DNA from: Mobula hypostoma
Taxonomy: Eukaryota
Assembly: GCF_963921235.1 (NCBI RefSeq)
Contig: NC_086108.1
Location: forward strand, 84,260,001 to 84,324,000
Direction of reading: 5' to 3'
DNA: 64,000 nt
Position numbers and translations under genes: made by a program. Positions 1 through 13,359 of this stretch are shown in pieces (position 1 is the first letter of the stretch; each line of letters begins with the position of its first letter). Below the pieces are notes generated by a model. It searched no databases. It was not told the DNA's origin and was given only the letters and a program-made list of their open reading frames with translations.

Positions 1-1034
1 ATGTAATTAAGATAAAAGTATATTGCTGGGCGTAGGATGACCTGGACAGATGTTACTGAAAATCCAATCAGGACCAATGAATATAAATCCCATGGTGTTC
101 AATACTCAGAGGATTCATATCTGCAGTCAATTGACACTGAGGTGAATATAACCAATTACATAACTTTTGCCAGTTTTTAAAAACGAAAATGAAATTTGAG
201 CCAAGAAGTGACTGCTGTAACTGCTCAATAACTCTGAATATAAAGGTTACTAGGCACCACACATGTACTGTATTATTTTTATTGTGTAAGTCTGTGCCCA
301 AGGTCTGTCAGTTACTACACAACTTAACCAGATGGTCCTTTCAACCAAGCTACTCATTTGATACCTGTGAAAAACAAGCATTCAAAACACACAATTTACA
401 GATTTTATTAAATGGCATCAAAGCACTTAAGAAACACCATAATACTTATAAGGCACCACAGCTGCAGGCATCAAAAGTATACAAGCACTGGGCAACAGGA
501 AAATAATTTAGTAGGTATCAGAGCAAAGAAAGACATGTACTTTTCCAAAAAAAAGGCACATAAATACAATTTAATAGCATGAGGAAAATAGGTGTTAGTC
601 TGCTTTCTTGCAATCATAATGGAAACTGGATATAGCTCTGTATGTTACCGTATCTGCTAAGGTCATGAGTGGCTATCTTTCTGTAACCTGATTGTGCCAA
701 CTTCTCATTGCATTCTTACTGCATATGTGCATGAATTAACAATCAAACCAATGCCATTCCCTACTTTTATTCACAAGAATGTTCTCTCGCTGCAAATGCT
801 GGAATATGTAGTGAAAAATAAACTGATGCAGGGTCTCATCAAAAAACATTCACCATCCTTTTCTCTCCACAGATGCTGAGTTCTTCTGGCAGTACATTTT
901 TTATTCTAAGACCCATCAGCTGGTGAAACTACTTTAAGGAAATCATCCAGTTGAATGGTGCCTCATTTGCAAATACTGTATTGTACTTCGGCAGTACCCT
1001 TATTTCCCCAAAACTTAAAACCACAATCATGGTG

Positions 1035-2030
1035 TTGTACATGGTAGGTCGAATCTAACCAATTTTACAGAGTTTTTCGAATAGCTTACCAGGAAAGTTG
1101 ATGAAGGCCAGGCAGTGGATGTTGTCGCAATGGCCTTTAGCAAGGCCTTTGATGAAGTCCCACATGGGAGGTTGGTCAAGAAAGTTCAGTAACTTGGCAT
1201 TCAGGATGAGGTAGTAAATTGGATTAGATATTGGCTTTGTGGGAGAAGCCAGGGAGTAGTGGCAGATGGTTGCCTCTCTGACTGGGGGCCCGTGACAGGT
1301 GGTTTGCTGCAGTGGTGCTGGATCCATTGCTGTTTACCATCTATAACAACAATCTGGATCATAGTGAACTGGAATTGGACGTGTACTGGACGGCAAGATA
1401 GGCTATCAAAACACACAGTAGGACCTGGAACAGCTGGACAAAACGTGTTGAAAAATGGCAGATGGAATTTAATGCAGATCAAGTGTGAGGAGTTGTACTT
1501 TGGGAGGACAAACCAGAGTAGGACTTACACAGTGAGTGGTAGAACACTGAGGAGTACAGTAGAACAGAGGGATCTGGGAATACAGATCTATAATTCCTTA
1601 AAAGCAGTGTTACAGGTAGAAAGTGTAGTAAAGAAAGGTTGAATAGGTTACACCTTTATTCCCCAGAGTGTAGGAGAATGAAGGGAGATTTGCTAGAGGT
1701 ATACAAAATTATGAGGGGTATGATAGGGTAAATGCAAGCCAGCTTTTTCCACAGAGGTTGGGTGAGACTAGAATTTAAGGTCGTGGGTTCAGAGTGAAAA
1801 TGAAATGTTTAAGGGGAACATGAGGGGGAACTTCTTCACTCAGGAGGTCATGAGAGTGTAGCACAGGCTGCCAATGGAAGTGACGGATAAGGGTTTGATT
1901 TCAACATTTAAGAAAAATGTGGATAGGTACATGGAGGGCTTTGGTCCGGGCGCAGTTTGATGGGACTAGGCAAATTAGTAGTTTAGCATGAACTAGGTGG
2001 GCCAAAGGGCCTGTTTCTGTGCTTTAATGT
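1035..2030 (+). mobile_element. Degraded CR1-clade LINE 3' fragment with internal deletions
   Basis: Decayed RT and C-terminal coding remnants (KAFD..PHGRL, W..EFNA.KCE..FGR, EQRDLG) and a CR1-type 3' tail 'gggccaaagggcctgtttctgtgct'. Resembles other CR1 copies in the window. Boundaries approximate. Confidence 0.8.
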
Positions 2031-2585
2031 TCTAACATTCAAATTGTAAAAATTAAGATAAAATCATGTGTACCATCTTGAAAAAGCATCTCCAAGCCAA
2101 GAAGGGCATCTTAGAAATAGAATATAAATGTGCACTCTGTCACATTTTGGGCTATAATCTACCATGATAATGACATGGAAGTAAATCTGTCATAGAGCGA
2201 CAAAGATGTCCTAATTAAATGCCTACATTAATTGCTTATTTCTTCCCATATTTGTTGTGCATCGTTAGAAGTCTGTAGGCTTAAATACATTAAAATTTTC
2301 TACATTGCACAGGTTTACTACAAGAATCATCTCTGGACAGGAGCTATAATTTCCTTACCTGTAGGAATGGCAAGTTATGACAGTGAAAGTATTTAGCACA
2401 GTATTTCCCAATAAAACTGAAATGTTATTTGTGTTTTGCATAACGTTACAACTGATTAACATTATTAACTTTTCTCAATAGTGAGACAGAGCAAAAAGAG
2501 TAAAGAGAATATCCCTCATCTCATCTGTGATTTGGTTGTTTCCTGGATACACTAGGCACATTTTAAAGATTTAAAGATTGGTATA

Positions 2586-4143
2586 CAGGTTTCCCCCGCC
2601 ATCCGAAGGTACAGCGTTCCTATGAAACGGTTCGTAAGACGGAATGTCGTAAAGCGAAGAAGCAATTATCATTAATTTATATGGGAAAAATTTGTGAGCA
2701 TTCGCAGACCCAAAAATAACCTACCAAATCATGCCAAATAACACATAAAACCGAAAATAACAGTAACATATAGTAAAAGCAGGAATGATATGATAAATAC
2801 ACAGCCTATATGAAGTAGAAATACTTTTCTACAATCATTGCCTGCACTGTTCTCCATAGCGAAAATCTCATGCAAGCGCTCTCAGCAAAAACACTCTCTC
2901 TAGTAACCTTTAAGCTATGAAGCTGCCAAATCATAAGAAATAACACATAAAAACACACATCCTATATAAAGTAGAAATAATGTATGTACAGTGTGGTATC
3001 ACTTACGGGAATCGGGAAGACATCGAGCACACTGATAATGGTGTGTTAGGCTGAGTCGTCGGAGGTTGGGGTGGTGCAGTGGCCCCCACCCTCCAAGCAG
3101 TGAACCGATACTGACCTGTGAAGCATGCAGGGGTACAGCGGTAGCCAGGACATACCCAGCACATCTTTAAGAAAAAAGCCAAATTAAACAAGCTAATTAT
3201 TTACGTGTCGGGCGGCACCTAATTAATTAGCTTGTTTTTTTTAGCTTTTTTTCTTAAAGATGTGCTGGGTGCATTCCGGCTATCACTGCATTCTTCGCGA
3301 ATCGGTATCTGTCCGTGACCCGGGGGTTGGCGTGGAGGGACACTGGGGTGTCATCTCATCATCTGTTTCCATCAGGGCAGGCAGGTCATCTTTTTCTATG
3401 TCTGCCTGCCTCGATGTCAAAGGTCGAGGTTCGTCATCTGCTGTGGCTGGTGTGGAAGGCTTGAAAAACAACAGTATGCTTGACTGCTTAGCCTCGCGAA
3501 TTTTTCTATCATACAGTTCTTTGTAAGGACTCAAACAATCTTGCAAATATGCCCTAAACCGACGTACCCTTTCAAAATTAAAGTCGTACTTTTCTGCAAT
3601 AATTGCAGCAAAAATCTCACGCAGTTGCTTCACGTTCAGTTCCTGGACGACTTCACTTTCGGTCCGTTTGTTACTGCATTCAGTCTCAATTGTTATCCTT
3701 TCCTCTTCCAATTGCATCAGTTCTTCATCTATCAGTTCTTGGTCATGAGATGCCAAAACCTCTTCAACATCATCTTCGTCAACTTCCACAAGCCAAACTC
3801 ACTCTGTCCTTACTTCGTTCACCACGATCGAAACGCTTAATTATGTCTAGTTCTGCGCTAAGTGTAACACCCTTACGAGCTCTTTTAGGCTTTTCCGATA
3901 CTGTACCCTAGAACTCATCTTGCAAACGGCTGCTCACAGGCACCTGCTTAAGCAATGCCGGCAAGAACGCCGTTCCGAATCCGGGGAAGAGCGGCTGCTC
4001 AGGGCGCATGCTGCTTTTTTTTGCGCTGCCTTTTTTTCGTAAAAGTGAAAACACCTTCTGTTAGCAAAAACAGGTAACTAATGTAGGTCTTTCGTAACAG
4101 CAAGATGTCGTAAAGCGAACGTTCGAAAAGCGGGGAATTTCTA
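2586..4143 (-). mobile_element. Non-autonomous Tigger/pogo-type DNA transposon (internal deletion derivative), copy 1
   Basis: TA|CAGGTTTCCCCCGCC left terminus; decayed right terminus. Remnant N-terminal HTH start (SEKPKRARKGVTLSAELDIIKRFDRGE) is joined to the acidic C-terminal tail (ORF 3283-3789, EVDEDDVEEVLASHDQEL); no DDD domain. Inverted homologue of 14990-16540. Confidence 0.88.
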
Positions 4144-4899
4144 TATCTAAAATAGCTACAATGTTCTGAAAAGTGTTAATACCATGTATTCTAATATCAG
4201 ATAAATTTGTTAATGTACCATGTGTACAAACTGGCACAACTGATTTTCAGACATGGAAAAGCATGAAGTATCAAATTTTATAGCTACATGTTTCAGATCC
4301 AAATCACATGCTCCCACAACACTTAGCTGTGTGACTTCATGATGAAACATTTGAATATGATGCCAAGCATAAAATTTGCAGTGGAGAATAAATGTGACTC
4401 TGGTCATTTTCATTCCTACAGATGACAGCAACAATCCATAAATGTACTGCAGAGTAAAAGCACAATAGCATATAGTAAACACAAGAGAATGAAACGGACA
4501 AGAGAAAGATCTGAGCATTTCATATCTTCAAGTGATAAATTTTATATCACAATTGGGATAAAAGAGCATGTTTCTTTTCAATGAATATGCTCCAAACTAT
4601 AAATTAACAAATGATTTTAATTAACAAGTGGGTGGTACAACCACACAATCTGCAGTATGGTAAGCAGAACAAAATTACTGTTAACGTGGCAAACAGCTGT
4701 GTGTCAACTTAAACAAATATTAGATAAACCTACTCATTATTTTCCTTTCAATAACAGAAACAGAAGCAGATAGATTGACAAGCAACAGACAATTTAAAAC
4801 CTTGTGCACATACTATTCTCTACAAGTGCACAAAAATGTCCTGCTCTTCCTTCTCACAATAATTAAGCAAACACACAAAAAACTAGCACCAGTACATCA

Positions 4900-5210
4900 C
4901 CTGGTCCCTCCTCCTTACCTTGCCATCAATATAATCATGGCTGATTCTCCCCCCCACCCCCAATTCCTCTTCTGCAGCAGTTCCCCATGGCCCTCTATTC
5001 TCTAATTGTTCAAAAGTTTATCTACCTCCACTTTAATACTCCTGATAATCTAGCTTCCAAAACCTTTGGGGTAGAGAATTCTAGAGATTCACCACCCTCT
5101 GTGAGAAGTTTCTTCTACACATCTTCATTTTACATGACCAGCCCCTTATCATTCAGGCCTTCCACACCAGTGAAACCTTCTCAACATCCATCACTTCATG
5201 CTCCATTAGG
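4900..5210 (-). mobile_element. Old CR1-type LINE 3' fragment
   Basis: Decayed 'atcatggctgat...ttccccat..ccct...agattcaccaccctctgtgagaag' resembles the reverse complement of CR1 3' ends such as 20100-20400. Confidence 0.6.
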
Positions 5211-6619
5211 ATCAAATTTGTATTTTTAAGCTCACACAATAGAAGTATAATTCACCAGTTATCACATGAAATTAATATACAACACAATATAGATCACTCT
5301 TGCAAGACAAGGCCACAAGTCAGTTCTGCCTTAAGTTAATGTTGAATTCAACAATTTCAAATCCAGTGATTTCTCTGACACAATAACTAATTGGTTACAT
5401 CAATATATCTTGTGCGCTTCAACAGAATTGCAGGATGTGTAAATACTTCCACCATTCAACCCGACCAAAATTAATGCATAAACAAAGGAAGGGAAGACAG
5501 ATCTTCAGTTTACAGCACTGCATAAAGGAGATTACTCATGTGAACTGAGAACTGGCCTAAATCCCACTGAAATCCCATCTTCTGGATACCAAAAGTAAGC
5601 TGATATTCCCAAAAGCTCTCCTTGGAACAAAAGAAAGAAAGAGTTGTGCTGGACTTTTCTTCAGAGGGATCACTCATACGTTCCACTTCAATATCAAGCA
5701 AAGTGCTAACAGCATGTCCCAATCATGCCAATGTCTCAACCTAATCAACTCTGGACACAAGATTGAGGCTGCACTCTAATGAATTTGTGCAAACAGAATG
5801 GAATATCTGGAATTCCATTTTCCCAATCTTGCAATATATTCTTATGCTACATCACCACTTATACAGTTCTGTAAAACTTAAATACTAAAAGGTAAGAGGG
5901 GAGAGGTGACAGGTACCAAAGATCCTAGATTCCAACAAGGCAGGTTAACAAGGTGTGATGTTGCTGTAAGTTCTTTCCTCACAAGGTCATCGTATCTAAT
6001 GTGGAATTTATCACCTGAGTTTAATGTTCAACATAATATATAGCACCATATGTTTACTCTATGTGAGGGAATAACCATACGATGCTGTACGTTACATTTA
6101 ACTGTTCTAAGACAATGCCACTAGCTACTTTCTCCTTAAAGAGAGTCAGTGATCTCTCTGGTAAAGGTGCAACACAATTTGTCTTTCTTTCTTTTCTTTC
6201 AAGAAGAGCCATTGAGGAAACGTCGCTTGAAATGGTCTGAGGCAGGCATTGTTATTTAACATGACATGGGGTTAGCCTGCTGGATGATGTGGAAGCATTC
6301 AGTTCTAATAACACATTCAAATGTGATGTACTTGACATGGTTGAAGACAAATAACCGAGAAGTAGTCCCTTTAGGTTTAACTTGTCTTTGCACAACTTTG
6401 ACTTGTAGTTGCTAGGGTCTTAATGGGACAAGCCAACTTGGTGGTCTTCATATTCTTCAAAAAGTTAGATTATTGAATGTGTTTATTCAAGATTTAAAGT
6501 TTTTAAAAGAATGCAGAAATTCAAAGGTGAGGGCTAAAATGAAAGAAATTATAAATAATGTCAGGCTTTATAATGACAATAAAGAAAGCTTCAAAATAAT
6601 AAAGAATCATCATTTATTT

Positions 6620-6830
6620 GGAGCAACAAACAATCTGCACGAGGAATTTAGCAGATTGAACAGCATCTGTTGAGTGGAAAAACTGTCAATGGTTTGGATC
6701 AAAACCTTCCTCCGTCGAGATACAGAGTTTTGACCTAAACAGCGACATACCTTTCCCCTCACAGATGTTGACTGACCAACTGAGTTAATCCAGCAGATTA
6801 TTTGCTGCACCAGATTCAAGCATCTGACCT
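6620..6830. repeat. Palindromic element made of two head-to-head Penelope-like 3' tails
   Basis: Left arm (gcaacaaacaatctgc...cagcatctgt...ggatcaaaacc) is an imperfect reverse complement of the right arm (gttttgacctaaac...acagatgttg...gcagattatttgctgc). Both resemble the tail at 40200-40335. Confidence 0.7.
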
Positions 6831-8858
6831 CTCTTGTATTACATAAGCTACATGGTTTGGTACCCAGAAGACAAACCATTACGGTTCTTATTGCAACTTC
6901 ATTGGAATATTCACCACAGCAATGAAGATTGCCTAAAACTCAGTACGGTCCTTTCACAATAATCACTTGGGTGGATGTCAAATTAAAATGAAAGAAATTC
7001 TAGTATGGATAGCTTTTAACAGAATTTCCCCAGATGGCTTGCATATCCTCCCTTTTCCCGGTAAGTTAAGAAACTGTGATGTTCCATGACATATTTCATC
7101 ATATTACTGGTTGCTTGCTACCAAAAACCTGGTCCTGAGTGCTTCAGAAGCAGTATTTGTCAAGTGTCAGGAAAATAATCAGAATACCCGTTATTGTGCA
7201 AGGTCAGCTGGTTTGTCCACCAGGCTAAGAAGTACCAGGAGATTAGCAGACCTGACACTACAGTGACAAGTTCAAATTGGCTCTCCACAATCTCACAACA
7301 TATTTCTATTTGCAGTCCAGTGTCTTACCCTTTTTTGTTTTATCCCTTGAAACTGTATACTGCTTCTGAAAAATTACTAAAAAAAATAAATAATTGGCCT
7401 TCTTTGATGTTAACAAACCTTTTGGAGGCAGGGCTATGACCTTCCCCTTGAATTACCTCCATGTCTTCATTGTCTGCAAATAAAACCATACACCCTGAAG
7501 CTATTTCACTGAAGCGAATCTCTTGTCCCGCCCCCAGTCATCCATCTCACACTTTTCAGACACACAAAAACTGCACATCACACTTTGAAGTCCATTATTC
7601 AAAGAGCTGGGTTGGAACCACATTTAAAACCACTTAAAAATCACCCTAAAAAAACACCACAACAATAACTTGCCACATAGTTGTTCTGAAATACAGCTGA
7701 AACCCCTTCAAGAGAAATATCTCATGATATTCACTTCATTGTTGTGATCATTCCTATTAAGCAAGTCTACGTACAGATCTTTATTAGCACCGGTCTCCAG
7801 CACACTGCCAACTAAAATTAGATCTATTAACAAGGAGTTTGGACTACATTATGAAGTGCTGTTGAACTAACCCATTCTCTACAGAACTGCTGCAGTCAAT
7901 ATTTGTGACAATTCAACATACTTAAAACCTTCAAAGACAGTACTTTTCATAAACAGGTGAGGATTTAAATATTCTGAACATTAAATTTCAGGTGCATTGT
8001 CATTGAGCTTGTTCGAATTCACTATACAATAGCTACACTTCATTTGTACATCTGTGAAGAAATACATATATAAATAAACTATCTTGTGAATGTCAAGATT
8101 CAAAACTTCATGCAATATAAGCAAGATATTATTCTGTAGGAAGGTCATACACCTGAAATTTCAGTTTTATTTACTCTCTCTCCCCACTAGCTGCCTGACC
8201 TGTGATTACCAATATTATCCATTGTTATTTTAGATTTACAGCATCTGCAGAGTTTTTTTTGTAAGCTTTTTATTACTGAAAGCCAAGAAACTTCAACATC
8301 CAGATCAATTCAAACAGCACAGCTTGCTTATGAGCACAATCAGAACTTTGTAGCCTGCCACTAGTTAAACTGAATTGTGAAGTGCAAAGAGCTGGTCCAC
8401 CGATCCTTGACTATTATTTCTTTAGCACCTCCCCGAAAACTAACGCTTTACAAAAGCATTAGCAAGACATAGAGTTGGAGGTGATCTGAAGAGATTTATC
8501 CTTTCTTTTCTTTTTAAATCTTTTTATTGAGTAAGTATACAAAAAAGGTAAGCCATATAAACATTAATACAATGTTAAAGTATAATAAAATTCCAAAAGA
8601 TAACAATACCAAAAAGAAAATACTACAAACAATGTAATTTAAGCATAAGAAACCAAGATAACATAATAGTATACTAGATTTTATATATATCAATGAAAAA
8701 AAAGAAAAAAAAACCCCAAAAAAAAAACCCACCGTGCAACTAACTAAAAGCAAAGCAAAGCAATGGGCTAACTTGAAACCAAACAGAGTTAAACTTAAAA
8801 TCACGTCCTCAATCCCGACCTCCATTAAAACAGTGAAAAAAAACAAGAAGGGTAAATA

Positions 8859-11800
8859 TTACATTAAATGAAAATATCGAATAAAAGGTCCCCAAATCTG
8901 TTCAAATTTAAATGAAGAATCATAAAGGTTACTTCTAATTTTCTCCAGATTCAAACATAAAATCGTCTGAGAAAACCAAAAAAAGGTAGTTGGAGCATTA
9001 AGCTCTTTCCAATGTTGTAAAATACATCTTTTCGCCATTAAAGTAAGAAATGCAATCATTCTACGGGCTGAAGGGGAAAGATTACTAGAAATTTTAGGTA
9101 GTCCAAAGATAGCAGTAATAGGGTGAGGAGAGATATCTATATTTAATACCTTAGAAATAATATTGAAAATATCTCTCCAAAAAGTTTCCAAAGTAGGGCA
9201 AGACCAAAACATATGAGTTAAAGAGGCTATCTGCCCCGAACATCTATCACAGAAAGGATTAATATGCGAGTAAAAACGCGCTAACTTATCTTTGGACATA
9301 TGTGCTCTATGCACCACTTTAAATTGAATTAGGGAATGTTTAGCACAAATAGAGGAAGTATTAACTAATTGTAAAATCTGCCCCCAATCATCCACAGAAA
9401 TGGTAAGCCCCAATTCCTGTTCCCAATCTACCCTAATCTTATCAAATGGAGCTTTCCTGAGTTTCATAATAATATTATAAATCATAGCCGATGTACCTTT
9501 CTGACATGGATTAAGGTTAATTATCGAATCTAAAATATATATAGGAGGAAGCATTGGAAAGGAAGGAAGTATAGTATTTAGAAAATTTCTAACTTGTAAA
9601 TATCTAAAAAAATGTATTCTTGATAGGTTATATTTATTAGATAATTGTTCAAAAGACATAAGGGAACCATCTAAAAATAAATCCAAAAACCGTAAAATAC
9701 CCTTAGTCTTCCAAGTTTGAAAAGCACGATCCGTAAAAGAGGGAGGAAAAAATATGTTACCTAAAATAGGAATCGCTAACCCGAATTGATTAAGATCAAA
9801 AAATTTTCTGAATTGAAACCAAATACGCAAAGCATATTTAACGATCGGGTTAGAGACCTGCTTAAGGCGTTTCAAATCAAAAGGAAGAGATGAACCTAAA
9901 ATAGAACCAAGTGTATAACCCTGAACAGATTGTAATTCCAATGCTACCCATTTAGGAATAGATAGTATATCCCGGTCAAGTAACCAAAATTTCATATGTC
10001 GAATATTAATAGCCCAATAATAAAATCTAAAGTTAGGTAATGCTAAACCTCCATCTCTCTTAGCTTTCTGTAAATGTATTTTACCCAGTCTCGGATTCTT
10101 ATTCTGCCAAATAAATGAAGAAATTTTAGAGTCGACTTTATCAAAAAAAAGATTTAGGAACGAAAATTGGTAATGCCTGAAACACATATAAAAATTTTGG
10201 CAAAAAAAACATCTTAACTGCATTAATACGACCAATCAAAGTTAAATATAAAGGAAACCATTTAGATGAAAGTTGAGTAATATGGTCTATTAATGGTAAA
10301 AAGTTAGTCTTAAATAAATCTTTATGTTTACAAGTAATTTTAATCCCAAGATATGAAAGGTAATTATTAATCAATTTAAATGGAAATTTATAATATAAGG
10401 GAAGATGTTTATTAATCGGAAAAAGTTCACTCTTACTAAGATTTAATTTATAACCTGAGAAAAGGCCAAATTGTGCTAATAACTCTAAAACAGCAGGAAT
10501 AGATCTCTCAGGATTAGAAATATATAAAAGTAAATCATCAGCATAGAGTGATAATTTATGGGACTTTAATCCCCGAGTTATCCCAGTAATATTTGAAGAT
10601 TCTCGAATAGCAATTGCAAGAGGTTCTAATGCAATATCAAATAATAGGGGACTAAGAGGACAGCCTTGTCGAGTACCACGAAAGAGAGGAAAAAAAGGTG
10701 AGTTTAAAGAGTTAGTACGAACCGAGGCTACAGGGGAGTGATATAACAGTTTAATCCAGGATATAAATTTCAGGCTAAAATTAAACATTTCAAGCACCTT
10801 AAATAAATAAGGCCATTCTACTCTATCAAAAGCTTTCTCGGCATCTAAAGAAATAACACACTCAGGAACATTTTGTGAGGGAGTATAAACGATATTTAAC
10901 AATGTACGAATATTATAAAAAGAGTAACGACCTTTAATAAAACCCGTTTGGTCTTCCGAAATAATAGAAGGAAGTACTTTTTCTAGTCTATTTGCTAATA
11001 ACTTAGAAAAAACTTTAGAATCAACATTTAATAAAGATATTGGTCTATAAGATGCACATTGAGCAGGGTCTTTATCCTTCTTTAGTATTAAAGAAATTGA
11101 TGCTCTATTAAAAGATTCCGGAAGTTTACCAAGTTTCAAAGAAGCCTCAAAAACCTTATAGAGCCAAGGAATCAATAAAGAAGCAAAACATTTATAAAAT
11201 TCAACGGTAAACCCATCAGGGCCAGGAGCTTTCCCCAGATTCATAGAAAAAATAACATTCTTAATCTCATCCATTGTAATGGAAGTATCTAATAAAGAAG
11301 ACATATCCTGTAAAATCTGAGGAAAGTCTAACTTATCTAAAAAATCATTCATATATTTAGAATCTCGAGGAGACTCTGATTGATATAAAGAAGAATAAAA
11401 ATCACAAAAGGTTTGATTAATCCCCACATGATCCAATATCAATCGATCATTTTGGTTATAAATCTGATTGATTTGAGATTTAACATAATTAGATTTCAAT
11501 TGATTAGCCAGCAGCTTGCCAATTTTATCACTGTGAACATAAAAATCACTTCTTGTTTTCTTTAATTGGTTTACAATCGAGGACGAGAGTAGTAAACTGT
11601 GTTCCATTTGAAGTTCAGTTCTTTGTTTGTATAGCTCCTCAGAAGGAGCCATAACATATTTCTTATCAATTTCTTTAATCTTGTCCACAATTGCCATCTC
11701 CTCCTGCTTCTGTTTCTTCCTCAAAGCAACGGAATACGAAATAATCTGACCCCGAATATAGGCTTTAAAAGTGTCCCAAAGAGTGTTAACCGAAATATCT

Positions 11801-12636
11801 TCTGTATGGTTAATTATAAAAAAAAGCTCAATCTGTTCATTCATAAAATTAACAAAGTCCGAGTCCTGAAGCAACAGCGAATTAAAACGCCATTGTCTAT
11901 TGTTTGGTATATTGGCCATAATTTTAATAGAAAGCTTAAGTGGAGCATGATCCGAAATGGTTATAGAATCATAATCACATTTAATCACTGAAGGAATGAG
12001 ACGAGAATCAATAAAAAAATAATCAATTCTTGAATAGGAATGATGAACATGTGAAAAAAAGGAAAAATCTTTTTCCTGAGGATGCAGAAAACGCCAAATA
12101 TCCGTCGACCCAGAATCAGAAAGGAAAAAATTAATCAAATTTGCAGATTTATTAGGTAAAGTCCGTAAAGGAGCCGAACGGTCCAAAGCTGGAGATAAAC
12201 AGGTATTAAGATCTCCGCCCCAAATCAATGAAAACTCGTTCAAATTCGGAAACTGATCAAACAATGATTTATAAAATTCCGGACAATCCATATTAGGAGC
12301 ATAAACATTAACCAAAACTACTTTTTTATTAAATAGTAAACCACTAACCAATAAAAATCTACCATTCGGATCAGAGATAATATCCTGTTGTATAAAAGTA
12401 ACTGAGGAATCTATAAAAATAGAGACGCCTCGAATCTTAGCATTGGAGTTCGAATGAAATTGTTGTCCCTTCCAGAATTTGAAAAAACGTAGTCTGTCCC
12501 CCCTCCGTACATGGGTCTCTTGTAAAAATAAAATTTGTGCTTTAAGTCTCCGGAACACTTTAAAAACTTTTTTCCTTTTAATAGGATGATTAAGACCATT
12601 AGTATTCCAGGAGACAAAATTAATAATAGACTCCAT
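8859..12636 (-). CDS. L1 ORF2p (APE endonuclease + reverse transcriptase + CCHC domain), split by a single +1 frameshift at 10143-10150
   Basis: EN motifs WNTNGL, LQETH, GGDLN, SRIDY, SDHAP; RT motifs LDAEKAFDRV, QGCPLSP, YADD; C-terminal CDRC...HMFWSC. The span ATG 12636 to stop 8859 is 3778 nt; removing one T from the 8-T run gives 1259 codons (1258 aa), joining PKSFF to DKVDSKISSFIW. Confidence 0.93.
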
Positions 12637-13359
12637 AAATCCTAAAGTCAACCCACAACAAGGAGGATTGACAATAGGCGTGACCCACAAACCCGGAGAG
12701 GAAACAGAACATACAAAAGATACCGGGGAAAAGGACGCAACCAGTACTTCAATAATGTATATAGCCCAAAGAAAAACAAACTAAAACGTGAAGCCCCTCC
12801 CGCCACCCCCCAGCCCAAGACCCCAAGGCAAAATCTAAAGCAGACCCGCCAGAAAGAAGCAAGCGCTAAAACTACCCCCATGACTTCCGGTATACGCTCC
12901 CTAAAAAAAAGGTATAAATATGAAAAGGATCAGCTAATTGTAAAACAGTAAAAAAATAAGTAAAAAAAAAGTTAGCTCAATTAGAATACACACAGAACAG
13001 AACAAAAGCCGGAAAATATATATTAAAAAAAAACCACAATAAACCTCAAACTCATGAATAGACACAGCAACAAAAAAAATAGGATTATTAACATAAAGTG
13101 ATTATAAAAAGCAAAACAGAATAAAATTTAAACAAAAACTACAAAATTTAAGGCCGCACAGGAAATACGTAAGATGACAAAAGGGAAGTAACCACCCAGA
13201 ATCCCCTGGGAAAAGAAAGAAATGACGCAGTTAAAAAGAAAGTTTAGTAGCCATATTAAGAAATCGAAAGTAAACTTTTCTGCCCAAATAGGGCACAGAA
13301 AAGTTAAAACCAACCAATTCACAGCCTCCGATCGACGGAGAAAATTAAAAAGAAAGCAA

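Noticed and set aside
7023..7060. Plus-strand ag|...|gtaagt 38-nt exon-like segment
   Set aside because: No recognisable peptide, no partner exons, opposite strand to the host gene; such pairs arise by chance in 64 kb.
8514..8846. 110-aa hydrophobic ORF resembling a membrane protein
   Set aside because: It is the T-rich L1 3' UTR; the Phe/Leu richness is compositional.
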